Source: the human T2T-CHM13v2.0 reference genome, Homo sapiens
Reading direction: 5' to 3' (one strand)
DNA: 64,000 nucleotides
Assembly: GCF_009914755.1 (NCBI RefSeq)
Contig: NC_060926.1
The translations under genes and the position numbers were made by a program. The notes below the pieces were generated by a model. It worked only from the letters and a program-made list of their open reading frames with translations, was not told the DNA's origin and searched no databases. This document shows, piece after piece, positions 43,040 through 57,740 of this stretch. Position 1 is the first letter of the stretch, and every line of letters begins with the position of its first letter.

Positions 43040-44459
43040 AGCTTCTACTTTTTTCAATTCCCAGATAACCATAGATGGTTGAAGGTAGGGTGCCCTTAGC
43101 TATAAGACACATCCTCCAGTTTCCCAATGATACAAAATATTCTGGGGCCACCTTGAATATGTAAAGTTTTAGAGATGAAACAATTGATATGTATATTAAT
43201 AACATTAATATGTTTATTTAGACATAATGCTTTTCCTATTTACTTTCATGAAATAATTTATTCAAAGCCTGTATTTGCACCTTTGACATCATGTCTTTGT
43301 CAGAGGAGCTACCTCAGAGTCATCTAGGACAGTGTGCCAGAGTGCCTTCTCTTCCCTCCCGTCTAAATTGCATAGACTTTAATGTGTTTGGAATCCATGT
43401 AAGAAGTTATTTCTGTAAATGTTAACTCAGGCCTTAGCACTCTTTGCCTCTCTTTCAGACTTTTTTTTGTCCTTTATCTATAGGTGTATGTTGAGGATCT
43501 TCCACGTGTAACTCTTTTCTGTCCTCCCCTTAAGAGGGATCTTTAAAAGGTTTGTTTACAGTGATATCTAATACAAACAATTATGAAGTCACCACCCTAG
43601 AGATAATGCCTTAAGTATTTGTTAAATTTCTTTGCTCCCTTAGAATAGCTGCTTCCATCAGCTGACCTTCTTGAGCATCTCAAACTGGCATTGATTGAAG
43701 TTGTTTCAGATTTGAGTGTCTTCAAGGAATACTTCTTTGTTCTAAATAAAGTGCTTGAGAGAGTAGTCTATAAATAAGAGACTGTAATGACTTGAATATA
43801 TGGCAACCTCGTTTTTGGGGGGAAGAGAAAACATATCTTCAGTTTATACGTGGCATAGTAATTAACCAGAGAGTTTTCTTTTTTTTTTCTTTTCCACATC
43901 TACTGGCCAAATTATTTATTTCCTTGTTATGCATTCCTATATATTTTTGATGGTAAAAAAAAATAATGGCAAGGGGCAAAAAAATAGTGGTTTACTGGAA
44001 TATGGGAAATTTAAATAGCCTAATGATTATCACATGGTACTCGTAAACCCTAAATGATTAATATGTGGCAATCCAAGAATATAATGCCATCATATCTAAT
44101 AAAACTACAGGATTAGTGAAAAAAAAGGTCCCAATTCCCCAACCAGTACAGAAAGAAAATTTAATAACGTAGCTTACAAGATTGTCTTCAATCTTCACTT
44201 CTGCAATATAGAGCTATCCCTTAATCTTTTTTTAATCTTAATTTGTTTAAAGTGGTGTCAAATATTGCGGTGATACAACATAGAACAATTAATATGAACA
44301 TTTTCTTTTTAGAATCTGGTAAGTTTGGATAGAGTAGGTATAGAAGAATCTTACTGGAACATGGTCACAACTAATTCACCTCTCTGGAGACCTTTTCTGC
44401 CTCTCTAGCAAGAGAAACACATGTCAGAAGAGGCTCAGGAGAGGAAGCAGGCTGTGGTA

Positions 44460-44660
44460 ATAACAGCACTTGACATTTGTGTAGCTCTGTGATTTTCAAG
44501 GAACTTTCGTGAGCATTGTTTAATTCCATCTTCACAACAATTCTGCGATGTAGGCTAGGGCATTAGAGGCATAACCTACTCTTCTGCCAACTCTGTTTTC
44601 AACATTTAAGGAAATGTTGCTTTGAAAGGTTAAGCAAATTGACTCAGGTTACCTTGCAGA
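44460..44660 (-). mobile_element. MIR fragment
   Basis: catcttcacaacaattctgcgatgtagg...aaggttaagcaaattgactcaggttac. Confidence 0.6.
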
Positions 44661-45668
44661 GCATGGGAAAATAGGCTGCTTCTCTGGGTGGAGGAAAATT
44701 CTTGGTACAGTTGTGCTCTGTGTGGTTCTTTTCTCCCCCCAATCCTCTCACATCCTATTTCTCACTCCTTTTCCTTCCAGGGACATCTAAAACATAGTTA
44801 TGAGTATATTTTTGAGGTGATTATCCTAGAAATGCTTCCCATAGTTTGTTTCTTTTTGAAGAAGGGCAGTAAATTCTTATCCTTTCTGTATTTTTCTATT
44901 TGCATTTTTTCTCTGGCCCAAAATAAGAATGCAGGTACACTTAAAGAACAAAGGAAATATCAACTCATTTTAAAACGAACATTGTCGGAGTAAATCCAAC
45001 TGTGAGTGCTAGGGTTTATTATCTTGTCCTGAAAGACTTCTGAATTTAAGTAGGTTAGTAACCCCAATTAGAAAACATTGTTCTTGAGAGATAACTTCAG
45101 GAAAGAGATCATTTGTTGACATTCATTTGAGATCTGTGTAACATTTGAGAGCTTTATGTTGGTTTTATATATGCTTGAGGTTATATATATAGTTTGAGGA
45201 CCATCTATCAATCCTTCCAGGTTATAAAGCACCTAATTTATTAAGAATATTGTCTTGAGCTTCACTGTGGACATTTAAATGTCACAAATATTTATGGAAT
45301 TCCAAATATAAAGAGGAAGTAGGGCTGGTGATGTAGAGATGAGCTATTTGCCTTCAAGGAGGTTGATACACTAGTAGTAAGCATAAGACCAGAATGGCCT
45401 TTGATGTCAGAATCACCTGGGGGTAAAATCTGACTTCCCCTTAATAAACCTAAGAGTCATTTGACTGATGATATGGTTACAGTGATACAGTGATGCTTAC
45501 CTCCTTGGGTTGTTATAGCAGCATTTGTAACTTGCACGCTGAAGGCTCTAATATATCCTGGTTTCCCTCCCCCTTCCTCCTTTCCTTTCTCTCCATGAAC
45601 ATTATAGGTGACAGTAGTGTCTGCTTAGTCGTGGGTAAACTATCCAACTTATTATGCTGTAAACTACC

Positions 45669-45673
<5 letters not shown>

Positions 45674-45708
<35 letters not shown>

Positions 45709-45992
45709 TTTTAATCGGAGTCTGGCTCTGTCGCCCAGGCTGGAGTGCAGTGGTGTGATCTTGGCTCACTGCAAGCTCCGCCTCCCAGGTTCATGCCATT
45801 CTCCGGCCACAGCCTCCTGAGTAGCTGGGACTACAGGCACCCACCACCACACCTGGCTAATTTTTTGTATTTTTAGTAGAGACGGGGTTTCACCCTGTTA
45901 GCCAGGATGGTCTCGATCTCCTGACCTCATGATCTGCCCGCCTCGCCCTCCAAAAGTGCTGGGATTACAGGCGTGAGCCACCACGCCCGGCC
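45674..45992 (-). mobile_element. AluY with (CT)n/poly-T tail
   Basis: gcaagctccgcctcccaggttcatgccattctcc, gttagccaggatggtctcgatctcctgacctc; near-TSD taccatatttctct / tgccatacttctct. Confidence 0.93.
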
Positions 45993-47045
45993 TGCCATAC
46001 TTCTCTTAAAGCAAGAGGAAAATCCCTGAAAATCTATATCCTTGCCCCAGACCCTTTTCATATATCCCCTTAACCTAGAAGTGTTTCTGCAGTTCAACCC
46101 CTTGGCATCTCACTCACTCTGAAACCTAAAGACACCTTGATAATATTTACCTTGTGTGTTTTCCTGAGTTGTGGTTATTTGTATATTTATTCCATCTCAT
46201 TTCTTGACTGGAGATTCTAGACTGTAAACATTCCTTAAAGGCATCTTTCCATTTCCTATGGTATCTAATGCAATTGCTTGTACTCATTAAATCTTAGGAT
46301 TGAATTAAATTGATCTAATAGTGCCTTGGTAATGGTCACATGTAAGTGGTAGCCAAGTCTAGTTCCTACTTTTCTATGGTATTGAGCAAAGTTAACCACC
46401 ACCTGATTTCTATTTACCAATAAACTACAAAATATTTTCAGTGCATCTAAAAGTATTAGATCCTAACAGACCTCATGGGTTGATGTCCACTACCCTCTAG
46501 AGCCAATGCAGAATGATTACCATAGAATCCAAGGCTTCTCTGTCAGTTTCCTCACACTCCCCACCACTCAGTACTTATTACACTTCAGCCTACGCCCTGT
46601 GATTCAACCAGGCAAATTGGATAGATGTGCACCATTTCACAAAAGTAGATAAAAATATACATTGTCAGCTGACATAACAGGTGGCTTTCTTTTACCACCT
46701 AGAATTCCATAAAAAATGTTGACACAGTCTCCCACATAAGGTCACGGCCTAATCTGGGAAACAATTTTGAACCTATCCCTGTATAATTGTGACTCTCAGT
46801 GCAACAGATCTGTTTCTCTCTGTGATGTTAACTCATGATTTAAATTAAACTTAATTTGCATTTATCAATAGTATTGCATGCTCATCTGCTGGTTGTTTGT
46901 GGACCTCTGCTTTCTGAAGACAAAGACCAATGATGAATTCTGATTAAACAGTTTCTAGCACTAGTGTTTTCATAGTCCAGCCATCTCATTTCATAGAGGA
47001 GAATGTTGAACATTCTCAGGTGGACGCCAGTTTCTTGGCCTTATC

Positions 47046-47489
<444 letters not shown>

Positions 47490-49979
47490 TGAAACCACAA
47501 AAATCATAAACACCTTAAATGAAACACCAAGTCAATAAAGTTAATTTAGACAGGGTTCTGAGAGGCAGTCACTATGCTGTACACGTATTTCAGCAGTAAT
47601 AGAAGAAGTGAGGGTTGCAGATAGCAAGGGTATTGCACAAATAAGCATTGGCCGATTCTTTTTTCTCTTTCTCTCTTTTAGAAGATGTAAGGGAATTGAT
47701 TTTCAGTATTTTTTTCAGATCAAGTGATATTAAAAATCAGTTTAGCAAAAATTAAGGAACATATAAGTATTTAAAAAATATGTCTGAGTGCAACTAAGAT
47801 AAAGATACATGAAATATTTGCCTGGTATAGGACTCTGTCTATAATTTTAGTACTTTTGCTAAATGTATAAGTACTTTAATGATGTTGGCCCATTGATAGA
47901 AGCAATAGCTTTAATCCAAGTCTTTATAGCTTTAATAAATTTTAAAAAATCACCCAGATCCACCTACCTATGTGGATAGACTTTTTACACAGGAACACGT
48001 AGTTAAATTACATTTTGGAGCAGCCAGAATTATGCAGTGTTAGTATTCAGAGAGTTTAAATGAATAATGTAGATATGTAGTTTGCTCCCAGGGAAAGAGA
48101 AGAATAATAAGTATCTATGCATGCAGAGTGGTCAGTGGGTATAAATGAACTTGAATTCATTAACCTCATGATTTGACATCAAAAACAGGGAAAAATCTGA
48201 TGAAGCGAAGTTCAGGTTGGTGGTTATTTGTGTATGCATAAAGGAATGGGGTTTGGGGTTTGACCTGAGTAGCCACTCTTTGGTTCTTGGACAGTGTTTT
48301 ATTCCCAGCCCCAGCCTCTCAGTCCTGAACAGGTCACCATTCAAAAATACAGGTTCCTGTAGTGCCATCATTTCAGGGAAATTCTTTGGGGGCACTGATG
48401 GAGTCTCCAAACCAGCATGAAACATGTTGCAGCTAATTTGTTCCATGAACTTAACATTTTGTGAAATGTGTAGATTATCTGCCTCTACATAGCTCAATTA
48501 TCAGCATCCCTGGGTAGTGAGCCTGTAACAATGATCTTTCATTCCATGGAAGGAGAAACAGAAGCTCAGAGTTCCTGATTTCTTTATTACTCAGTTGCTG
48601 CTCCTTGGGTTTGCCCTTTAAATGTCAGGTGATGTTTGTAGCACCATGATATTTTTGCTGAGTATCTTGTCATTTTGTAAAAAGAGAAGTGGTATATGCC
48701 CCAAGGCCTCATTGGTGATGGGAAGAAATGGGACTCTCCTTTCATATTTGAACATTTCCCTTTCCAGCAGCCCCATGGAATAACCCTGAGTGACTTAGAT
48801 AGCTACTTGTGCAGTGAGGGAGGTAAGTGAGGGATCTGAAAGAGCTGCTAGGCAACCCAGTGAATATTTGCAGCCTTTATGGGAAATAACTACAGAGAAT
48901 GACTATCAATAGGTATGTAGGTAGATGAACATCTGGGCATTGATTCTGAAACAATTGAAAAATCAAAGGATGATTTACCTTAATAATGCCTGGATTTTAC
49001 AAGAGATTTTAATGTTCATGATTAAACTGGCCGTACCAGATTTCACCGAAGCCCATTTATTGTGCATTGGCTGTAGCCTTCCCAGCAGGCATTCCAATGC
49101 TCTTTTAACATCTTTCAGATGCGGCTACAGGTGTAGCTCAGCCTCCTGGAAGGTCCTGTTCTCTCACAGCTGCCAGTGGGAGACCTGATTGTAATTATAG
49201 CTTCCATGATGCAATGTCTTTAAAACCTAAAACTATGCTACAATTGTTGGCCTAATGCCTGAAGAAACATGGCTGTTAGGAGCTTAAAGAGTCTGCTGAG
49301 GAGCCCCTTGGTCCTAAAGCCAGGTTTGTGTAAGAAATGGAGTTAGGCAGTTGAGCATAGTTTGTGGGCTGATTATGTTCTCTCTAGTCCGTAGTCTATA
49401 TCCAAGTCTGTCTCTAGCTCTGAATCTCCACATCTTATTGACCTAGAGCCTGAGATCAGTAGTGAAACAATAAAAATTTTTGGTTTACTTCTGCAGTGGA
49501 ATTATGGAGAACTGTTATTAGATATGATTTGATATTAAAATGAAAACGTGTTAGAAGGAAAAATGTGTTTGAGGGAGTCATTCTCAATCTGTCAGAGAAG
49601 ACAAAACAAAGATTTAAATATTTTTACATTCCTTGGAGCCATCCTTAATTAAGATATACTTGATTTTAGTCCTTTTCCCTTAACCCTATTTCCTGGCTGA
49701 CTTGAAAATTATAAGCAATTTCCACTGTAGGTTTTAGCTACTTGAAAGGTTATGCTTTTCAAAAACACAACTTTTGCAAGGGTATAATTCTACATTGCCA
49801 CAGGAAAGTGTGTTCAAAAATATTTGTAGGGTAGGGTATGTGTGTGACAGAGACAGATTGAAGTTGAGCAGTTGTATACGTGTGTGTGTGTGTGTGTAGG
49901 TCAGGGGTTGGTAAACTAGGGTCAGTCAATCAAATCTGGCCTGCTGCCAGTTTTTGTATGACTTGTGAAATAAGAAGGG

Positions 49980-52583
49980 TGATGTGGTTTGGATCTATGT
50001 CCCCAGCCAAATCTCATGTTGAAATGTAATTCTCAATGCTGGAAGTGGGGCCTGGGGAGGTGACCGAATCCTGGGGACAGTTTCTCATGGTTTAACATCA
50101 TCCCTCCTTGGTACTGTCATTGCTACAGTGAGTTCTCATGAGATCTGGTTGTTTAAGAGTATGGAGTATGTGGCACCTCCCCTCTCTCTCTCTCGCTCCT
50201 GCTTTGGCCACGTAAGATGTGCCTGCTTCCCCTTTGCCTTCTGCCATGATAGTAAGTTTTTTGAGGTCTCCCCAGAAGTAGCAGCCACTGTGCTTCCTGT
50301 ACAGCCTGTAGAACCATGAGCCAATTAAACCTCTTTTCTTTATAAATTACTCAGTCTCAGGTATTTCTTTAGAGCCATGTGAGAATGGACTAATGCAGAA
50401 AATTGGTACTGAGAGTGGGGTATTGATATAAAAAATACCTGAAAATGTGGAAGCAGCTTTGGAATTGGGTAATGGGCTTCTCAGAAGAAGCCCTCCAGAC
50501 TGTTCCAATGTCTGCCCATTACCCAGTTCAACAAGTCACAGGAAGATGAGGAAAGTTTGGAACTTCCTAGAGATTTGTTGAATGGTTGTGATCCAAATGC
50601 TGATAGTGATATGGACAAAGATGGCCAAACTGATGAAGTCTCAGACGGATATGAGGAACTTATTGGGAACTGGAGCAAAGGTCACTTTTGTTATTCTTTA
50701 GCAAAGAACTTTGAGGCATTGTGATGCTGCTAGGCATCTGTGGAACTTTGAACTTGAGAGTGATGGTTTAGGGTATGTGGTGGAAGAAATTTCTAAGCAG
50801 CAAAGCATTCAAGATGTAGCCTGGCTGCTTCTAACATCCTGTGCTCATATGTGTGAGCAAAGAAATGATATCCAATTGGAACTTACGTAATATTTAAAAG
50901 GGAAGCAGAGCATAAGAGTTTGGAAAATTTGCAGCCTGGCCATGTGGTAGAAAAGAAAAGCCCATATTCAGGGGAGGGATTCAAGCAGGCTGCAGAAATT
51001 TGCATAGATAAAGAGGAGCCTAGTGCTAACAGCCAAGACCATGGGGAGAAGGCCTCAGAGGCATTCATGGCACCCCCTCCCATCACAGACCAAGAGTCCT
51101 AGGAGTGGAAGAATGGTTTCCTGGGCTAGGCCCAGGACCCTGCTTCCCTGCCTTGGGACACTGCTCCCTACATCCCAGCTGCTCCAGCCATGGCTCAAAG
51201 GGGCCCAGGTACAGCTTGAGATGTTGCTTCAGGGCTGCCAGTCATAAGCCTTGGTAGCTTCCTCTTGGTGTTAAGCCTGCAGGTGCACAGAGTGTAAGAG
51301 TTAAGGCTTGGGGGCCTCCACCTAGATTTCAGAGGATGTATAGAAAAGCCTGGATGTCCAGGCAGAAGCCTGCTGCAGGGACAGAGCCCTCATGGAGAAC
51401 CTGTACTAGGGCAGTGCAGAGGGGAAATGTGGGGTTAGAGCCCCCACACAGAGTCCCCGCTGGGGCACTGCCTAGCATTACTGTGAGAAGAGGGCCACTG
51501 TCCTCCAGACCCAAAATGGTAGATCCACCAGCAGCTTGGACCCTGCACCTGGAAAAGCTGCAGTGCTCACTGCCAGCCCTGGAGAGCAACTATGGGGACT
51601 GAGCCCTGCAAAGCCACAAGGGGTGGAGCTGCCCAAGGAAGGCCTGGGGAACCAACTTCTTACACCAGTGTGCCCTGGATGTGAGACATGGTGTCAAAGG
51701 AGATTATTTTGGAGCTTTAAGATTTAATGACTGCCCTCCTGGGTTTCAGACTTGTATAGGGCCTGTATCCCCTTTCTTTTGGCTAATTTCTCCCTTTTGG
51801 AATGGAAGTATTTACCCAATGCCTATACCACCATTGTATCTTGGAAGTAACTAACTTGTTTTTGTTGTTGTTGGTTTTAAGTATGGAATGGTTCAAGAGT
51901 TTGTGTCTCATCCTTGTGCAGGGGCCATGCTAATGTTCTCTGGATCCTTCCTGTTTTAGTATATTTGCTGCCAAAGTGAGCACACTAAGTTGTTTTTTAT
52001 TTTACAGGCTCATAGGGAGAAGGAATTAGCCTTGTCTCAGTTGAGACTTCATACTGTGGTCTTGAGTTAATGATGGAATGAATTAAGACTTTGGGGGACT
52101 GTTGGGAAGGTATGATTTTATTTTGAAATGTGAGAAAAACATGAGATTTGGAAGGGGCCAGGGGCAGGTTGATATGGTTTGGATCTCTGTACCCACCCAA
52201 ATCTCATACTGATATGTAATCCCCATGCTGGAGGTGGGACCTGGTGGAAGGTGATTAGAAAATCATGGGGTTGGTTTCTCTTGGTTTAACATCATCTGCC
52301 TTGGTACTGTCATTGCAATAGTGAGTTCTCATGAGATCTGGTTGTTTAAAAGTGTGTGGCACCTTCCCCCTCTCTCTCTTGCTCCTGCTCTGGCCATGTA
52401 AGATGTGCCTGCATCCCCTTTGCCTTCTGGCATGATTGTAAGTTTCCTGAGGCCTCTCAAGAAGCAGATGCTGCTGTGGTTCCTGTACAGCCTGTAGAAC
52501 CATGAGCCAATTAAACCTCTTTTCTTTATAAATTACCCAGTCTCAGTCATTTCTTTATAGCAATGCAAGAATGGACTATTACA
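49980..52583 (+). mobile_element. Complete MST-family MaLR provirus: 5' LTR 49980-50397, internal 50398-52169, 3' LTR 52170-52583
   Basis: Two similar TG...CA LTRs in direct orientation; internal region starts gaaaattggtac; purine tract ggaaggggccaggggcagg before the 3' LTR; near-TSD aaggg/atggg. Confidence 0.92.
51879..51983 (-). pseudogene. Processed U6 snRNA pseudogene (RNU6-type retrocopy)
   Basis: Reverse complement gtgctcactttggcagcaaatatactaaaacaggaaggatccagagaacattagcatggcccctgcacaaggatgagacacaaactcttgaaccattccatac aligns end to end with U6. Decayed A tail and TSD actaa(c/g)ttgttttt (51850-51863 / 51984-51997). Confidence 0.95.
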
Positions 52584-52857
52584 ATGGGTTTTTACATTTT
52601 TAAATGGTTATATTTTACATTTTTAAATGGTTTTTACATTTTTAAATGGTTATATAAACACTTACATAATATCCTTAGTTTTTCTTCTTGGTGCACAAAT
52701 CCTAAAATGTTTACTAACTGGCCTTCTAGAAAAAATTTACTAACCCTTGGTATAGGGAATAATGTTGCAACATCTTTCCTTACTTTGATTATAAGAGATA
52801 ATTCATTACTTTTTAAAAAAACTCTTTTAAGTTACTCTTCCCAGTAATGAAAACTAG

Positions 52858-53166
<309 letters not shown>

Positions 53167-53534
53167 AAAACTAGTATATCTTAATAGAAATGTCTTATGT
53201 TTTTGCAGTCTTTTCAGGGGTTAATAAAGAAAGTATAAAAGGTTTGCTGCAAAATTTTAAATCAATCAGTAGTCATTACAATATATTTTGGAAGCATACA
53301 AAGAGAAGAGAATTACAAAATACCCTCCCCATATGAAGGAGTTGGCTCTGGGCTCACACGGAATGGAACATTACCTCAGTGTTTGCTTCTATCATGAAAT
53401 ATCTTGAGTATCAGTTATCTGTTCTTTAATGTATGTTCCATCCTTCTGAATGCATCAGAGAGAGAACCTCAGTTGTGAGCTGAGTTCCCTGTGGAGCAAA
53501 CAGAGCAACTGTGGACAGGCCATATGCTTTCACT

Positions 53535-54330
53535 CCCTTGTACTCCCAGTCCCAGGCAACCACCACTAATCTATTTTCTGTCGCAATAGATTTGCCTTTT
53601 CAGAACATTTCATATAAGTGGAATCACCCAATATGTGGTATTTGTGGCTAACTTCTTCCACTTGGCATAATGCTTTTGAGTTTCATATAGCTCAGAGAAT
53701 ATATGAGTACTTCATTTGAATGGATATACCTCACTTTGTTTATCCATTCACCATTGAGTGGGTATTTTTCATTGTCTTTGCTTTTTGGCTACTATGAATA
53801 ATGCTGCTGTGAACATTCGGATAGAAGCCTTTGCCTGGACATGTCTTCATTTCTCTTGGGCAGCTACCTAAAAGAGAAATTGCTTACTGAGTCATATGAT
53901 AAATTCACATTTAGAGATATGAAATATGAACATGAATATCTAAGAAATTATCAAACTTTCTAAGATACACCATTTCTTCTTCCCACCAGCAGTGTATTGG
54001 GGTTCCAGTTTCACTGCATCCTCAAAAACATTGCTATTATCTCTTCAATTATAGCCATTCTAGTGGGGTGTGAAGTGATATCTCATTATAGATTTAATTT
54101 TTATTTCCCTGTTGAATAATGATGTTGCATTATCATTTGATTATTGGTAATTTATGTATTGGTAGATATCTGTTTAGATCTTTTGCACATTTTAAAGTTG
54201 TGTTTATTTTTGTACTATTGAGTTTTAAGAGTTCTTTATACAAATCCTTTGTGGGTTTAATGACTTGCAAACATTTTCCCCTAGTCTATGGCTTGCCTTT
54301 TATTTATGGTATCTTTTGAAGGGCAATGCA
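53535..54330 (-). mobile_element. L1MB/ME-type 3' region
   Basis: cccaggcaaccaccactaatct...ttcatataagtggaatc...tatgaataatgctgctgtgaacatt. Confidence 0.82.
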
Positions 54331-54689
54331 TTTTGAAACATGAGTTATGAATTCATAACATAGAAGAGATTTCCAATATTTTTTTCTCATGTTGATTATT
54401 TTATTCCAAAGCTGAGATTTGTAGGAGTTTGTGGAACTCCTCCAATGAGTCAGTGTCAGGGTTGGTCACCTCTTTAGATGGTTTGAATATTTTGGATACC
54501 CACACAATGCTAGAGCTCTAGGCAGTGCCAGGTTTACCTGCTGCCTGTATCTTTTTACTTCATTTTCCATTTAGGGTGCATCTGTCAAAGGTGACTTCAA
54601 GGGCATCAGTAGGGAGAGGTTATCTTGGATGGTTGGTTCTATCTCAAGCCTAGCCTGGAAATTTCTTACTGATTGCCTCCCCACCTACC

Positions 54690-54778
54690 CACTGCAGTCT
54701 TAAACTCTTGGGCTCAAGGGATCCTCCCGCTTCAGCCTCCCAAGTAGCTGGGACTGTGAGTAGTCACCACCCCTGGCC
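54690..54778 (-). mobile_element. Alu monomer fragment (FLAM-like)
   Basis: gggctcaagggatcctcccgcttcagcctcccaagtagctgggact. Confidence 0.8.
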
Positions 54779-55160
54779 TCCCTTCTTTTATAAGTTTACA
54801 AACTTTAAAAAAATCTTATGATGAAATCTTTGACAGTGGGATGGATTACATTTCCTTTTTGTTGTTTCTCAAAGTATGAACATTGATGTGCCTTTATTGT
54901 GCTTTTTACTGGAAGAGGAAAGATAAATATAAGAATATAGTTCATTCTTGATAAATGTTTCATAATGTCAAGAATCTTTTCACTCCAAGTCCTTTTTAGG
55001 TTCAGAACAATACCAGAAAGGGCCTGGTCACCCTCAGCTCCTATGTCCATGAGCTCTTCCTGCACTGCCATGGAGTGGGGACCTTCATACCTTTAATGAC
55101 AGTCCCCTGTTGAGAGCCACTGAAGCCTTGCCCATTTTTCCCTGCTCTGTGTTACCCTAA

Positions 55161-55764
<604 letters not shown>

Positions 55765-56228
55765 GACTGATTTTTTTTAGAATAGGTAAGGCTTCCTTAG
55801 ATTTACAGCTGTTGCCCATCCATCGGGAAGCAGCTTTGGAGATTAGCTTGTCAGCCCCTTGAGGGAAGGACTTTGACTTAATTCATATTTATATTCCCAG
55901 CACCTAGTAGTATGTCTTGGTATTTACTAAATCCTCGGTATATCTTAATGAATGGCCATCCAGTTGTTAGCATAATAACAAATAGAATGTATTTGATTTG
56001 ATTTCATTTTTATTTGGTAGATATTTTCCAAACGGAGAACTGAGCAAAAGTTCATTAGATTATTATTTAATAATTTAATGCAAGAGTGAATTTTCCCTAT
56101 GAAAATTCTATGCTTCAGGAAAGCAGACTTTCATTCTATATGGAATATAGTTTAGAGTGTAAGAAGAGTAGACCATCCCACCCATCTCTGCCACATACTA
56201 TAGTTATACTGTTAAAGAGTTTAAAGCA

Positions 56229-56903
<675 letters not shown>

Positions 56904-57519
56904 TGTTTAGAGACTCAGTTTAAAGGTCTTACATGATGACTTTGAAGGTTAGATTATTTAATTTTGTGGCTATAAAATACCAGAATACAAAAAGATTTTA
57001 AAACCCATGAATAAACATACTTACTTTGTTCATCTGTACATCTTCATTGGTCGATTTATCCGTGTATCATGTCTTATTTATAACACCACATTGCCATGGA
57101 AATTCACTGCTGTACTTTTCACTTTCCAGCCCTACTAAATTTTACACTTAACATTTTCAGAGCTGCTTGTACAAAGTACAGATTTAGTTAGTAGCAATCT
57201 CAAGTGGTTTTATAATATTAAACATTAAATAACTTTAAAAATGCAAACAAGGGAAAAGTAAGAAGTCAGCCAAATCCTGACACATAAATTTAACAAAAAA
57301 GCAACACAGAGTCTCTCATTTACGTGACCTACTGCTTAACCACTTTGTAAGAATGAAGCCCTCCTTCATTCTACACTTGTGTCTTCTTCAAATCTAATAG
57401 GAGATGTCTGTCCTAGAGTCATATTGTAGTTGGTAGTTTGTCTAGCCATTGGCACTGGCCCATACTCATGAAACTTGAAGTCATTTATTGGGTGTACGTC
57501 ATAAGCCAGCTATATAAAA

Positions 57520-57740
57520 ATAGTAATGATAGTTAAGAGTTACGGAGCCCTTGCCATGTGTTGAATGCTGTTCTACATACTTTACAAGTATTGCCTCATT
57601 TAATCCTCATTCTAACCCTTTGATGTAGGTGGTTTTATTTTCATTTTGCAGATGAGAAAGAGGCATAGGGAGTGCCCAGGATCAAACAGACTGTGTGAAA
57701 TTGTGGAGGAAGTCTTCATGCCCAGGCTGAGTGAACATAG
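57520..57740 (-). mobile_element. MIR
   Basis: ctcatttaatcctca...cattttgcagatgagaaa. Confidence 0.72.

Larger units (their letters stand above)
49902..52749. mobile_element. MER58-family DNA transposon split (49902-49979 and 52584-52749) by the MST provirus
   Basis: TIRs caggggttggtaaact / aatttactaacccttg; 8-bp near-TSD gtgtaggt/gtataggg. Confidence 0.78.

Noticed and set aside
51879-51983. Functional U6 snRNA gene
   Set aside because: More than 10 substitutions including the ACAGAGA box (reads CCAGAGA); it has a tail and TSD; its upstream flank is MST internal sequence rather than a PSE/TATA promoter.
52586-52655. Triplicated ttttacatttttaaatggtt motif
   Set aside because: Slippage of a low-complexity segment intrinsic to MER58-family elements.
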